Shown here piece by piece: positions 1 to 13,600 of a stretch of 64,000 nt of DNA (the first letter of the stretch is position 1; each line of letters begins with the position of its first letter). Origin of the DNA: a virus; IMG/VR virus record IMGVR_UViG_3300008227_000003, positions 149-64,148 of that record. One strand, given 5' to 3'. A program made the position numbers and the translations under genes. The notes beneath the pieces were generated by a model. The model made no database searches. It was not told the origin of the DNA and saw nothing but the letters and a program-made list of their open reading frames with translations.

Positions 1-1
1 A

Positions 2-1846
2 TGCGTTGATAATAGTATCAATCGGAAGCTCATAGCCCCACGTATCCGAGTTCTCCATATTGTAAACCAATAAGTCATCAGACAAGTCCAAGTGCCCTGC
101 AGAGAACTTCAAATTCTCCGCGAACATCACATGAACAACCGTTTCGGGTATATAATCACACACGGGCGAGCTCTCGCTATACCCATACAGCCGATCAACG
201 ATCATACCCGATGAGAACACATACACATCCCCACCAACACCCAGACCCAACACACCATCAACAGGCACATACGTTGTATTCGTAATACTATCATACACTG
301 GTCCACCAACATCGACATCATACGCGCCATCATTTGCCGGTGATCCCGAAACATTGAATTGTGTTCCAATCGATAGTATGTTTGATTTGTCGCCTCGAAG
401 TGTAAATCCAGCAACATCACCACCAACGATCGCAAATCCATTATCAGCATCAATAACATCACCGAGTACACGGATTTGAGTTTTTTCATTATTAAATCGA
501 GATTCAATGACTTGATATGAGTCGGCATTAATCGAGCCACCAATGATATTAAACTCAACTCCTTGGTGGAATCGTTTCGTCCAATCCCCCGATACGATGA
601 ATACATTGGCTGGTATCACCATTGTTAGTTTACCGTCCGCGTTACTCGTTGGTACGATTTCAGCAACACCAAACGTTGTTTCGTCAGCAATGTCATCGTA
701 TGCAATCGATGTTACCGTATAACGACCACCATTATCAGATCCCGACACACTGATCTCATCTCCAACAAACACATTACTCACGGAAAAATTACCACTTATG
801 GTAAATTTACCGGAATCGCTTATCGGCGAACCGAAACCATCATCGATCGAAGGTACCACCAACACCAAGTCGCGTTGGTTGGTGCCTTCGTCTGGGGTTT
901 GAGTAAAATCCGGAATCGTTGGGTGGTGCACGGCAATGTGATTGCTGTACGATAACAAGCCGTCTATCACTACGGGAGCGATAGCAACCCACGATACATA
1001 TATTTGCGTTGCTGTTAGTACCGGAACGGCAGTTAACGGTTCTATTGTCGTAACAATAGTGTGAGGATTATCACCAAGGCTATATGCGTTTGCATCTGTT
1101 ATATCTGGCCACGAGTCAATCATCCCCGCATTATACTCTACAGCAGCTACGGTAAACTCGCCAGTATTTTCGGGTATTGTTGTTTTTACCACACCCAACT
1201 GACCATATGGTATACTGCTCGGTATTGATTGTCCAACTGGTATTGTTGTTGCGTTCGTGCCAGCATCGTATGTTGATTGCTCCAACACTGAATACGATCT
1301 ATCATTGTCTATGGTACCATTAACATCAAATATATATCCAACCACGAATTGCGTGGTTTGATCCCCCATAACCATAAACGTGGGTGGGTTGGTGATGTCA
1401 GCAGCACCACCCTTTATACCGGTGATGTTATGTACGTCACTATAATCTTCGATTTGTGATGTTATGAATATCCGTGCGCCTAATTTGAAATCACCCGACT
1501 TATCGCTTGGTATCGTGAATGAGTTGGTGATTGTGTTTATTGCTGGGAATGATTCAAACGAAATTGTTGGGTTTGGCGATATGATCGGGTGTCTCCCTGG
1601 ATCACCATACGGTCTGGTACTATATCCACCATCACACGATAGTGGCGTTAATCGATCCGCCGGCAATTTTGGATAAAATAGATCTATCTTTGTGTGCATT
1701 TCGTCGATGATCGTTACATCAACAAATTCGTTATACACATACTCGATTAGCACTTCGACTATCTTCGTGTGGTATGGTTTAATATCTAGTACAAAATCCA
1801 CAAGACCCTGTACCGGATCCAATAGTTTAAGGCTATTTGATGTCAT
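2..1846 (-). CDS. Baseplate/tail-associated structural protein, partial (>=615 aa, C-terminus runs off the window start)
   Basis: Missed by the ORF track (no stop in window). Manual translation from ATG 1846 (SD AGGA) reads MTSNSLKLLDPVQGLVDFVLDIKPYHTKIVEV... open to base 2; contains ~5 copies of the F-x-V-x-G-D...ND(G)-x-Y-x-V beta module also seen in 4616..13723. Confidence 0.8.
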   Translation of the reverse strand, partial: MTSNSLKLLDPVQGLVDFVLDIKPYHTKIVEVLIEYVYNEFVDVTIIDEMHTKIDLFYPKLPADRLTPLSCDGGYSTRPYGDPGRHPIISPNPTISFESFPAINTITNSFTIPSDKSGDFKLGARIFITSQIEDYSDVHNITGIKGGAADITNPPTFMVMGDQTTQFVVGYIFDVNGTIDNDRSYSVLEQSTYDAGTNATTIPVGQSIPSSIPYGQLGVVKTTIPENTGEFTVAAVEYNAGMIDSWPDITDANAYSLGDNPHTIVTTIEPLTAVPVLTATQIYVSWVAIAPVVIDGLLSYSNHIAVHHPTIPDFTQTPDEGTNQRDLVLVVPSIDDGFGSPISDSGKFTISGNFSVSNVFVGDEISVSGSDNGGRYTVTSIAYDDIADETTFGVAEIVPTSNADGKLTMVIPANVFIVSGDWTKRFHQGVEFNIIGGSINADSYQVIESRFNNEKTQIRVLGDVIDADNGFAIVGGDVAGFTLRGDKSNILSIGTQFNVSGSPANDGAYDVDVGGPVYDSITNTTYVPVDGVLGLGVGGDVYVFSSGMIVDRLYGYSESSPVCDYIPETVVHVMFAENLKFSAGHLDLSDDLLVYNMENSDTWGYELPIDTIINA

Positions 1847-1850
1847 TTAG

Positions 1851-2036
1851 TTAATTCCTGCATGTTTTTAAGTTTGTTAACTTAGTTATTATGTCGTTTT
1901 TTAGTTTTACCGAAAAACACCCGGACCAGCCAGCAAACCCCAATCGTTTTAAATTTTGATATTTAAAACGTGCTTCCTTGAAAGTTGCTAGTATCCGTAG
2001 CTAGTCTAACAAACTCTTCGGTGTTTAATTTTTCAT
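1851..2036 (-). pseudogene. Possible decayed homing-endonuclease remnant
   Basis: ATG AAA AA(-) TTA AAC ACC GAA GAG TTT reads MKKLNTEEFVRLA with one base restored; a second frame reads ILATFKEARFKYQNLKRLGFAGWSGCFS; late promoter 5 nt upstream. Confidence 0.35.
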
Positions 2037-2041
2037 ACAGG

Positions 2042-2049
2042 TATTTATA
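2042..2049 (-). promoter_or_regulatory. T4-type late promoter TATAAATA
   Basis: Exact T4 late consensus in intergenic DNA upstream of 2..1846. Confidence 0.7.
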
Positions 2050-2149
2050 CCACTACATATAACACACCAACACAAGAAAGGGGTTATACCCAGTATATTG
2101 ACGGGCCCCCTACAACCAAACCCCACAGGGTTCGTGGGTTGCAATGGTG

Positions 2150-4573
2150 TTAATCATCAAAAATCCCACCAACCTGGAATGGGCGGATGCCGTGGAGTGA
2201 TACCATGCTGGTTTTCATGATGTCAGCATACTCCACTTGCGTCGACAATGCATCTTGCAACACACTGAAGAATATACGATTTACGTGCACATAGGAATAT
2301 GTGTTGTAAATCGTATCCATTGCTGCTACCACTTCTTCCGGCGTATCAAATGTATGCCTAGAGAAAAACACATTAATGTCGATTGGTTGGAAATTGTTTT
2401 CTGGGTGCTCAAGATCAGCCAACACAGATGCTAGCGCTAGTTCCCCACTAACAAACGTTTGCCCATCCCCAATACCATATTGGGTGGAAGTATCATACTT
2501 ATCATCGTACAGTTCCCGCTCAAAACTAGGAACACGTACAGTCGTATCGGATAACTTGTATCCAATTATCGATTCCGTTATTTTATCCCACAAGGCACGG
2601 TTGATGTGATAAGGTTGATTTTTTCTGAACATTTCCCATTCGGAATGTAAATTCTTTTTCTCGAGTGGGGTTTCACCACTGTCCAACGTATCACGCAATG
2701 TGAAATCTCGTGTATACCGTAACACATACCGACGATCAGCATCGACGACACCACGCAAGCCACGCGATACCATCTGCACGAATCGAGCTGGCAATTCGAC
2801 GCTCTCGTCGTACAACCCCACATACACAACCTCCATCAGTTGATTACCTGGTTGAGAGTGCGATGGAAATGATACAACACGCTCACCATCAATATACTCG
2901 ATGTCGATACTAGGGATCGGAACACCCCCAACAATAACTCCAACAATTGTATCGGGTGCAATGGGTAGCTCAGTGGCAATGGAAATCTGTCCAACGGTTG
3001 TGGTGTGTTGTTCAATTCGATTTATGAATTTATTACCCTCTATCTCCACCGTAGTTGGTGGCTTCAACTCTTGAAAGAACATATATGGTGCGGGTATATT
3101 TTTTAGATTGGTCACTACACTCCGTAAACTGTCTGATCGGTTCAGATTGGATGGTTTGGTTCCTTTGTCGTGTACCCAGAAAAAATACTCACTATACTCA
3201 GTACCAAACTCATCATGCTTAGTGCGTTGCACATATTGGTAATCTTCCAAGTACAACCCAGCTTCAACGCCTTCATCGATGATCGTTCTGTCTGTTGGGA
3301 TTGGTTTTCGCACTGACACCCTATCGAAAATTGTGGCAATCACTGTCACATCGAGGGATATAAGTTCGTGTGATTTTAGGACCAACCCACCACTAACATA
3401 AATGTCAACAATGTCACCGATTTGGTATATATCCGTAGTAAAACTATACGTTCCGTCCAGATTATCAACTCCCTCAACCAGCACATCAAATTCCTGCAAC
3501 ATTGGTTTGACTTCGTTCCATACTCCCGAATCCGTACCATCATCTTCAAATAACGTCAATCTTGCTGTACCAGATTTACGGGTTCCTTCGTCGATTGTCA
3601 CATCACCTTCTTCCTGTGCTGCTATCACGTCCCAATCAGATGGGGGTACGTTGGATTTTACCCACTCATATGCTATAATGCGCCCCCAATCATTCAACTG
3701 TCCCCACTTGCGAAGTCTTGCTTCAGTTTCGGGGTACACTCGATTGTCAAAATAAGGAAAATACGCCATATCAGTCGTATCCATCCACGTTGTTCCAACG
3801 GCACTATCCAACCAAGGATCGATAGCATATGTTTGACCAGGTATTAGGGATTGTGTTTGTGGTGTGGCGGTATATCTAGCTGGGTCGTAGTCGTTTTGCA
3901 GATCGATGTTGTGGATTGCGTTGGTATAATGGTCATTACGAGCCGGATCCCAGATTTGCACTGGTGTCACAACTGTGTGAGATATTTTATCAACCAATCT
4001 GGCTGGGTTTTGAGTATCCTCATCAGTTGATACGCCCCACAACTGAATGTTGCTTATAGCTGGAAATGTTGCGTTGTCTAGCACATTCTGATCAGTAATC
4101 TGAACAATATTCGAATTTATGATATTATAGTGCACACCTTCGAGTAACTCACTCGTGGTGTATACAACACTGATCGTATCGGTCTCCAAAATGGGATCTC
4201 TAAACAGGATAGTGTCGGATAATGTTTCAGCACCTCCAGACCCATCCGGTGTCAACGATTCAACATAGTCAACGTTTGCAGTCAATTGTTTGAAATTTGT
4301 GTTCAGCGGATCTCGTTTGAACACACGAATACCTCCCGTGTGTGGGATGTATAACGGGACAGTCAGTGATGCTGCATCAACCCTCCCAGGTGTTGCAGGT
4401 TCTTCGTGTGTAAATCCCTCACTATACAACCGAACCTTAACTATAAGGGCATCGGATGCATAATTGTGTCGCAGAATGGGAGTATCGTCATCCGATACAT
4501 CATCAGACCACGAGCCGTGATGTTCCCATTTTGATGTTGTTACATTCCATGTTTTGTATTCTCTACTAGCCAT
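2150..4573 (-). CDS. Baseplate-associated structural protein (807 aa)
   Basis: Long ORF in baseplate module, SD AGGA, own late promoter; WDPA...VGxxWxDT...WGxL...YEWVKSxVPP motifs of the kind seen in large-phage wedge proteins. Confidence 0.75.
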   Translation of the reverse strand: MASREYKTWNVTTSKWEHHGSWSDDVSDDDTPILRHNYASDALIVKVRLYSEGFTHEEPATPGRVDAASLTVPLYIPHTGGIRVFKRDPLNTNFKQLTANVDYVESLTPDGSGGAETLSDTILFRDPILETDTISVVYTTSELLEGVHYNIINSNIVQITDQNVLDNATFPAISNIQLWGVSTDEDTQNPARLVDKISHTVVTPVQIWDPARNDHYTNAIHNIDLQNDYDPARYTATPQTQSLIPGQTYAIDPWLDSAVGTTWMDTTDMAYFPYFDNRVYPETEARLRKWGQLNDWGRIIAYEWVKSNVPPSDWDVIAAQEEGDVTIDEGTRKSGTARLTLFEDDGTDSGVWNEVKPMLQEFDVLVEGVDNLDGTYSFTTDIYQIGDIVDIYVSGGLVLKSHELISLDVTVIATIFDRVSVRKPIPTDRTIIDEGVEAGLYLEDYQYVQRTKHDEFGTEYSEYFFWVHDKGTKPSNLNRSDSLRSVVTNLKNIPAPYMFFQELKPPTTVEIEGNKFINRIEQHTTTVGQISIATELPIAPDTIVGVIVGGVPIPSIDIEYIDGERVVSFPSHSQPGNQLMEVVYVGLYDESVELPARFVQMVSRGLRGVVDADRRYVLRYTRDFTLRDTLDSGETPLEKKNLHSEWEMFRKNQPYHINRALWDKITESIIGYKLSDTTVRVPSFERELYDDKYDTSTQYGIGDGQTFVSGELALASVLADLEHPENNFQPIDINVFFSRHTFDTPEEVVAAMDTIYNTYSYVHVNRIFFSVLQDALSTQVEYADIMKTSMVSLHGIRPFQVGGIFDD

Positions 4574-4600
4574 TCGTATATTTCCTAACTGATTTCATCA

Positions 4601-4608
4601 TATTTATC
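4601..4608 (-). promoter_or_regulatory. Late promoter GATAAATA
   Basis: ATAAATA core in the 42-bp gap upstream of 2150..4573. Confidence 0.6.
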
Positions 4609-4615
4609 AAGATTA

Positions 4616-7600
4616 TCATATTGCAACATCATCCGGTATTATCCACCCACCTTGAGCATTGATACTTGGTCCAATCACAAGCGATGCAGCTGTCGCAGAT
4701 GGGGTAAATGGAGAAATATCAACCACAACCGATGTAATACCACCACCAGCTGTTGATTGTATCACCAAATATTCCGTGTTTTCTGCTGCTAATGGAAGAT
4801 TTCGTATGGCGATAAACGTATCAATAGCGATCGTGTGTTCCCCAGCCACCACAAAAGTCATGTAATCAGATCCACGCACGCTGGTTGTGCTACTACCTGT
4901 AACTGCTAGCGGTAATTCGCTCATAAAAATATCAGTTTTTACGGTCGGTTTTAACTCGAAGTGCATATTCAGTCCGTTGTTACGTAACACTCCCAATTGA
5001 TCCGGTTGGTGAAACCAACGATCGCTATCCGTTATGCGAACCGGCGTGAATGTTGCATCAGCTAACAGAACAGCATCACCCGTATCAGGGAAAGCGTATC
5101 CACAATCTTCTTTATCGTATACGTTTCGATCATATCCTGGGATACAAAAATCAGTATCATCAACAAACTGCAATCTGATATCGTTCGATCTAGCATCCTC
5201 AGTTGTAATGAATAGCTCAGGGTATTCCTTTTCATACGATGAGCCAAACTCAGCCAACTTAAATGCCCAAAAGTCATCCAACTCAGCATCGATAAACCTA
5301 CGTGAATTCACAAACGCTTGCATTGAAGTTTGTGATCCTTTTGTTTGTATTGCTCCACGCCAAAATAGAAATTGTGATTTGGCGTGTAAGTTTAGATTAT
5401 CCAGATATTCACGTGTTCCATCGTATCCCAAGCTTTTTCTGCCAGCGGTGGTGATCTTCGAAGACTCCAATACCGTGTGCGTATCATACATATTTCGTAT
5501 ATCTTCAACACTCGATTCGATGTTACGATTGAGATCAGCTCCCTGATTAAAGAATGTGTGCATGTAGTACCCACCCATATTTGGACGTTCAGTGAATTCC
5601 AACTGGCGGTTATACAACATCTCATACTTTGTCACGTTTAGTCCGATGAATGGATCATAAATCAACGCACCCTCGGAGGTGTAGTTGTTAAATCGCAGCA
5701 CATGCTCATATGCATCGATAAACAAATGCATACCCCCAAAATGAAGAAGCGTGTATGGATTTATTTCGGATATCAACACCTCATCATTCACATCCTGTAT
5801 GACAGACATTTTTGTAACATGATCTTCACGGAATACACGCAAATTGCTAGCTTTTATCGGTTTGCCGTTTTGATCGAAAATCAAATTCGATGTGCGAGTG
5901 TCTTGCGACGGACCAGTCAACACATTGGAAATTATTCCACGCTTCGGTCTGAACCACACCGACCCCCTGGTTGGATTGATTTCTTGGTGACGGGCGTAAT
6001 CCTGCGATCGAGTGATACCAATCTGCAATTGCTCAACCCCAACAATAGATGTTACGTTAATGGATACTCCATTGTTCGCCTCACCCTTCGTTGCCGCCAA
6101 TCTGATTGTTGTCGGAGTGTCTCTGATTATGTAATATGGTGTTTTTCGTGTGAATGGTGCTGGATACGTACCGTTGGATGAGAACATATTAACAGCGTCA
6201 CCAGTTACCCACGTCAATTCACGATCTATTAATGTCAATACATTAGTACCTACATCAACAGACACACTATATTTGTTCACCGTTTGGTGCGCAGTTGTTC
6301 GCAATTGGTGAGCGTAATCTATAAACCGCTCCAACTCTACCTGCCAACCCATCGGTCTACTAGTATCAGGATCAACAGCTGTATTATCTTCATTTACACG
6401 CCATCCAGTATCATACGTTAACACATCATACCCATCGATGATGTCAACCAATGTTTGCATACCTTGTATTTGATGTGGAGTAGAAAAGCGACGGACAGCA
6501 GACTTGTCCAGCTCATAATGCCGCCACAAGTTGTCTGTTCGTAACCCACCATTGGATATAAATGTCGATCTGAGCTCACCAACGAAATGATCTTGACGTC
6601 CATTATCAATTATTGGTAGATTGATACCCAACATAGCGTTCTCATAAGATGCAGCCAACCTGAAGTTAATCGTATCATCAACGATAACGAAGTATGGTAT
6701 CAACCCGCCACCGGATCGCTCCGTGAGTGGATATGGTAATTTTTCTATAGTTGAAAGGTACACAACATCGCCAGTCGCCCATGGTAAAGATCGGTATAGT
6801 AGCGTTATAGTACCATCACTTTCGAATCCCGGAATAACAACATCAATCGTGATTATCGTGGTGTTGTCTTGAATGTTATACACAGACGATGCAACTTCAT
6901 ATGTATCATCATTTGACGTTGAGTCGGCCACAATAAAGATTCCACCGGCTTCGAATAGATGTGTTTGATTTCCTGTTATCTTGAATGTTTTGTTATAACC
7001 ATCAACCGCACGGATCTCCCAAGTGTATATGGTCATTACATCATTGGTTTTGTTAGCGTAAAATTGGTAATTTCGCACATCATAATACTCAATATCACGA
7101 CTGATATCCAAATTGGTGTGAATCTCCAATCCCCAATCAAGTTGATTGTCGTATCGTTGCAGAGCTGGTGGAATTGATGTTACGTGAACATCAAACGCAT
7201 CATACCAGTGATCTTCAACGCCTGGTGCTCGTTTAGCTGATATACTATAATCAAACTCACTAATATCAACAAAACGATGTCCAACATCAAGAGATGGTGT
7301 GTCAACGAAAGTTGCAAATTGGTACGTTAGTGGTGCCGTCCATGTAGTCCACATGCTTCTAAAATCCGCATAGTTGGCATCATACCCATTAAATCGGTTG
7401 AAATTCACATACCACTGATTCGTTCCGTTTATTTCGAACAGTTCACTCCCCGCAACTTCACCATGGAATGTGGTTCTGTTGTGGGCTACAGGTCGTAACG
7501 ATGTTACATCAATACCAACACCAGCTACATCATACGTATCAATACCAAACGTATCTGCTGTGTACCTCATAGGATCCATGCGATATGCTATCGTTAATTG

Positions 7601-10600
7601 GTCATACAAATATTGTGACGCATTTATCCAATCCCACTCAACCGGACCAACATCACCAAATGAATAATTAGCACCAGGGGATACAATCTCAACGCTAAAA
7701 TTTGTGAATATTGTGCGCACAGCCAAATCAAACACTGGCACGCTAGTTGAATAATGCGTAGTGTGATTGAAGTAAGGAGGAAACACACTATCCGGGGTGT
7801 ATACCCTTGAGTCGCCAACAATATCAACATTGTCGATGTTGACCGAAAAGTAGTTGTATGTTGGTATGGTTGGGGTTCGTATGTTATACAAACTATAATC
7901 AGCCGCAGGGTTACCCGTTACACTAACAATACCATTTGAGTACGTTTCCCCAGCAGGAATTCGACCAATACGGATGTTTTCCCACATTCCGTGATGCTGC
8001 AATAGTCGACCACCAAACACATTAACTGTCAAGTCATCGATAATACGCAATTTGGTGCGATTTAGGACTGGGTCATATGTTATTCCAGATATCTTATCCA
8101 ACCCAGTAGCATCAACAATTTCTTCGTCAACCGTGATGATAGTTAAATACGCTGGGGATCCAGTGTACACAGCTGCACCCACAGTATAAAGACCGGTGAT
8201 CGTATTACTCGCATTTGTTGTTGTAAATCGTGTGCCCACCGTTAGTGTCGATGTTTGGTTATTTGGGATGGAAATCGTTGCTGATCCTTCAACACCCAAC
8301 GTTACATCAGACACCGAACTCATGTTAGCTACAGTAAATGATGCATCATAAGTGCCATTCGGCGTGTCGGCTAATGTAAACTGTTGTCCAGTGGTGAGAA
8401 TATTACGAAAGTCACCAGAAATATAAAAAGCATCATCAACCAAATCAATACCATCGATTTCAAAACCATGCTTGTATTTCCAACGACGGTCCCCCCACTG
8501 CGCAATATCGTCATTGACATATTGCGAATCCCACCATGACGGTTTATCTACATATCCCTGCAGTACCCAAGGCTCCATGTGTGGATACGGTGTACCATAT
8601 ACCGATTGGTAGTATTCCCGCCAATCACCACCGGATTCCGAACCATCATTTGCACTACATGGTAGTTGACCGGTATACACTACACCAGACGTTCCATTAA
8701 CCACCGGCTCCTGGATGACTATCGTTGTAATATCACCAATATTATCGTATACAGCGGCAGGTGATCCCAGTGTTGATTGTATAGTTGTCCATGATCCATC
8801 ATTACCATCTGAGTTCTTAACAAAGAACGATACAGTAGATGGACAAAATCCACCCTGCGTACACGGATCGAAAAGTACCATCATATCACCAGCAACCGAG
8901 AACGTGTTTGATTGTTCATCAGCGTCAAGCAAACCAACACCAACACCTGGTGTTGAGTATTTGTAATTCCAGGTAAATGGGTCAGTCGATGAGTAATCAC
9001 TATTAACCAATGGCGATGATATCTCGCGTTGTGTTACGTGATCATTGAATGTATCACGACGATGCGAGTCATACACAGTTGGGTCAATGTCTCTGAGGAT
9101 AGATGTGTCGTATCGCAACGCATTTGCGTCTGGTACATTGTCGTATAGTTGTTGTTCAACGCTATATATCACGTCACCCAGTGCAACATCCAAATTAACC
9201 ACAGCCCAAGCCGAAACTGTTGCTGTTGTCATATCCGATGGGTCTGCTCCATTGTGTAGCCTACCATCACCAACCGATACACCTGGTACCGGTAGCCACT
9301 CAACCACACCCGTTATACCGTGCGTTGTTTTGCTTCGTAGAACTTCTGACCCTCCGTTAAGATCCAGCCATAGTGTGCCATCGTCAAGAGCGGATGATGG
9401 TTCATCCGGTCCCGCCCCAGCAACAACAAGTCGGTATAATACCCTAGAAGTCCCATCAACGTGATACCAATATACACCCTCTCTACCTAGTACCGTTGTG
9501 TTAAATATTGCACCAAAATCAGCAATAGTGTTTGGTGGTAAGTCGGTTGAGATACGACCGAATGTATCCAATGGATCATCAGCCGGTGTAGGAAATCTTG
9601 TTCTATCATCAGGAGCTACCAACACAGAACGGATAATGTTTTCGGATGTGGCTCTCGTTAAAAAGTAATCGTTGCGGTGTCCGTCGTGGTGTACAACTTG
9701 ATTTATACCCAAATCTATATCAATTAATCGCTCAGGTGTGCGTTTTGTCAACATAGACATATACGGAAGTGTTATGATCCAGTTGCGCATACCAAGATTA
9801 GCATCTTCGTTGTGCACGGAGCTATCACCACACACAACATTCAGAAAATCAGCAGTTTCGTGCGCTGCGATAACTTGTTCTGTTACATACGTGGAAAAAT
9901 TCAGGATAGCTTCATCCGTAACATTTACCATATAATCGATTGCACCCTCTCTGTAAATTTCTTTCAGATTGTTAAGCAGCGATTCGTATTGATCGTGTCC
10001 GAATTCGATTAGCGATCTCGGGGTGACATTGTTGACGAAAACAGCCGACAACAACGTATCAAAGCTGTCACCATATTCGTGGATTGTACCACCCAACCCG
10101 TAATTAACATCACCTGTCGGAATAAGGTGAAACATACCTTCCTCGGGGCCAGTATAACCAGGCAACTTTTCCTGTGCACCAATAATCGTAGTGAAATGTG
10201 TTAATAATTCACGGGTAGTGATAATCTTGCGGTTTTCGTGCATGTGATTATAATACAGGGGATCGGGAATTTCCCAATCTCCAACCCAATCTCCATTCAG
10301 AGATATGTGGTTGCTTTGACTTGCACCCCAATCAGCATCAGCTTGCTCTTCAGCTTCGATTACCGTAATGGTGTTATCAGCTGCAACGATTTCATCATAC
10401 CTAATATCAACATACAACGATTTTTCGGTATTGTATTCAGCTTCGGTACGTTTCAACCAATCCACCTTAGATGGTATGTACTCTTCCTGATTCAACCCCT
10501 GACGCCAAATGCTCTGTATCGTGTTGTCAGTGGTGCGTATATCAACGTTATTAACCAAATCCCACGTTGCTGTTGCAGTATTGCGAATAAACAACTGCAT

Positions 10601-13600
10601 AGCTAGTGTATCGAACCAATACAATCCGTTTATGGCTTGTTCTTCTGTTGATGGCTCAATACTGCTTACAACAGCTTCACGATAATACTCAGACATGAAT
10701 GTTTTAGTACTCCACTGGATACCACTCCAAAAGAATACCTCGTTTGTTGTGCTGTTGAACCAGAAATCATACTTAACATTCGAGTAATCTCTAAACGCGT
10801 ACACTTCACCACCATCTTCATCAACCAAAAATTGATCAAACGTGAATATGCGTTGGTCGTAATCAGCCACGATTCGCAACCCAATTGATGGGTTCACATC
10901 CGCATCTGGTGATGTAGCAAATCCAAATATCGGATTTGCACGCATTGCTGCTGTTCCGTCAGCTTTGTATATGTCAAACAATGGATACTGGTTCGAACCA
11001 GATTTTACCTGCTCAACCAACCGATAATCAACGATGCTGGTGATGTCATCTCCACTAGCTATGTAGTCTAAATTATCGACTATCGTACGTATAGGTACAA
11101 CACTATTACCGTACCCTGATATGGTGGCTTCACCAACTTCGATACGCAGTTCATCATATTTGCCAGGTCCATACCCTGGTGTAAATTGTATTCCTCGGAC
11201 ATACGAGTGGCTACCCACTGATGTTATCGGAGTTGTTTTGTTTGATAACGCACCACTGTCAACAGCAGTGCTGGGAATTGGCGTGGTTGAGTGATCAACG
11301 GTGATAATATTACCCGATACACCGATAACGTCATACGTACCATTACCACCAAGGCCAGCATTCTCAGCGATTAATACTTCATCACCAACTTGGATACTAT
11401 CACCCACAGCTCCAGCGACAACCCACGAATCGACACCAGCTCCAGCATCAATAGACGTTACCCCAGTAATTTCCATCGTATTATCAACCAGCTCATCATA
11501 CGATCCATACTCACGGATGTCGTTGATGTATACACGGATGTCATTATGTCCAGCTAACGCTCGTCGTGTTAATGGACGTTGGGTGCCTGGTAGCAATGTG
11601 GTGTGCAATTCAAACACATCAATATCATCCTGCGTCGTTATGGTGTATTGTTCAACCGCATAAGACGAGATATATTCATACCCAAGTGGGTGTTCTGTTG
11701 GTACCAACGTATTGGCCAACAACGTCTCAGGATTAACCGGTTGATGAGTAACAGGTAACGTTGCTTTCGTTCCGTTGTATAACCAATGTTCTCCGTACGT
11801 TTTCCACGCATCTCCATTTGCTGTTCGGTATGGGTGGAATGCGGTAGTACTGGGGCGGTCAGTTGACAACTCTCCAGGTAACAAACCGGCAATGGATATA
11901 ACTTCACTGATGACCATACGGGTTTGTATAGGCATACCATCAGCTGGTGTTTTATACACCGATGACACGACATTAAATATTACAGGCACATCGGCTGATT
12001 GAAATTTCGAACCAGCAGGAAACACCTCGGTCAGGTCACCGTACCGCTCATCAAAAACAATCTCCTCAATACCATCAACAACCTGACGCTCCCACTTATC
12101 CAGTGGTTGCAATTCCAGTAATGATGGTTTTGCGTCAGTTTCAACAAATAGCGAGAATTTATCCTGACGGTATTTCCACGAAGTTTCTGTGTACGACCAC
12201 TCATTCAATTCAAGATCCCAATCATACTCGATGATTGGAAACTGTGCTTGTTTTGCAATCGAGAAACTGGGAATATCACTCTTGTGTAACCATTTGTTAT
12301 CTTTTACCCACTGGTCCGCTGATTCGATAACAGACAATACTCCACATCCTGGCGTAAAGTCCCACAAAGCAAACCCGTTGGTTTGTGATAGTAATTTTGA
12401 GAATTTATTCCACAGAATATTCCACCCTGTGTGGGTAGGGGTGTCTTGATATTGGTACACAACATCAGCTTCGGTGTCGTACCACATCGGTATACCAACC
12501 GGTGCTCCCGATGGTGGTCCAATCTGAGAAATGGTGGCCAATAGCGTAGCGTGGTTTATCGGATCTTCCGATGAACCAGGAGAATTGTCCCACAGTGGAG
12601 TATCCATGTTATCATCCCACTGCAACAGATCCCAACCAACCGAACCAGTACACTGACAATCGCGCTCAGCCAAATAGAAGTTCAATTGTTCTTCTAACGA
12701 CACAACACCGGACGGTCGATTGTCGGTTGTTGTTGTGTTGATTTGTATTGTCGTTTCGTTTGCGAATTTATCATGCGTAGATTCCACAACAACCCAGAAC
12801 GTATCGTTTAAATCCAAATTCGTTGATTCGCGAAAAAAGAATACAAAGTTAGGATCAAACAAACGCAAGTAATCACCAGCCAACACAATTTTATCAAACT
12901 TGCGTTGATATAACACCCCAATAACTTCGTCAACCGATATCGTTCCAGGTGTTACCGTGATTGTTGTTGTGTTGCTTGTTGCATTGTATACAGGAGACAC
13001 CAATATCTGGTGTGTGCCGTTGTTGTATGATGTTCCGTTTAAATCAAAAAACTCTTTCGATTTTAGAGAAGCTGTAGCATCCCCTCTAACAACAATCGAG
13101 TTGGAAGACGATACGACCGACAACACGTCGTAGCTCGGATAGGCCGACATATCATCAACAGGCAAAAGTTTGCTGACGGGGATTTCGGAGCCAAATTCAT
13201 CGTTCAACAACTGCCAGAAATTGGCGTTAGCGATGGCGGTAGTACAACGACTACGAATGGTGATGTATTCGGGTTTGGAGTTTGGAGTTTCATCATCATA
13301 CCAGTAATAATCCTGGTAATGGATAGCTTTATCGATATCAATTGGTGGTACCCAATTAAGTTGCACCGTTCTACCCCACTCACCAAACTCTTCCATATCT
13401 ATACCAGATCTGGTCAACTCACCTTGGATATCCTTCCACGACGCCATGTGCTCGATCGATCCAACCTTAGTGTGGATAACAGGCTGCAATTGATAACCCT
13501 GACGGTGGACATCTGGTTCGTGGATTTGGCGAGGTTGAATAGCATTTCTATTACCCTCACCAATATATCCAGCAACGGTTTGAGTTTCTTGTTTTGTGAG

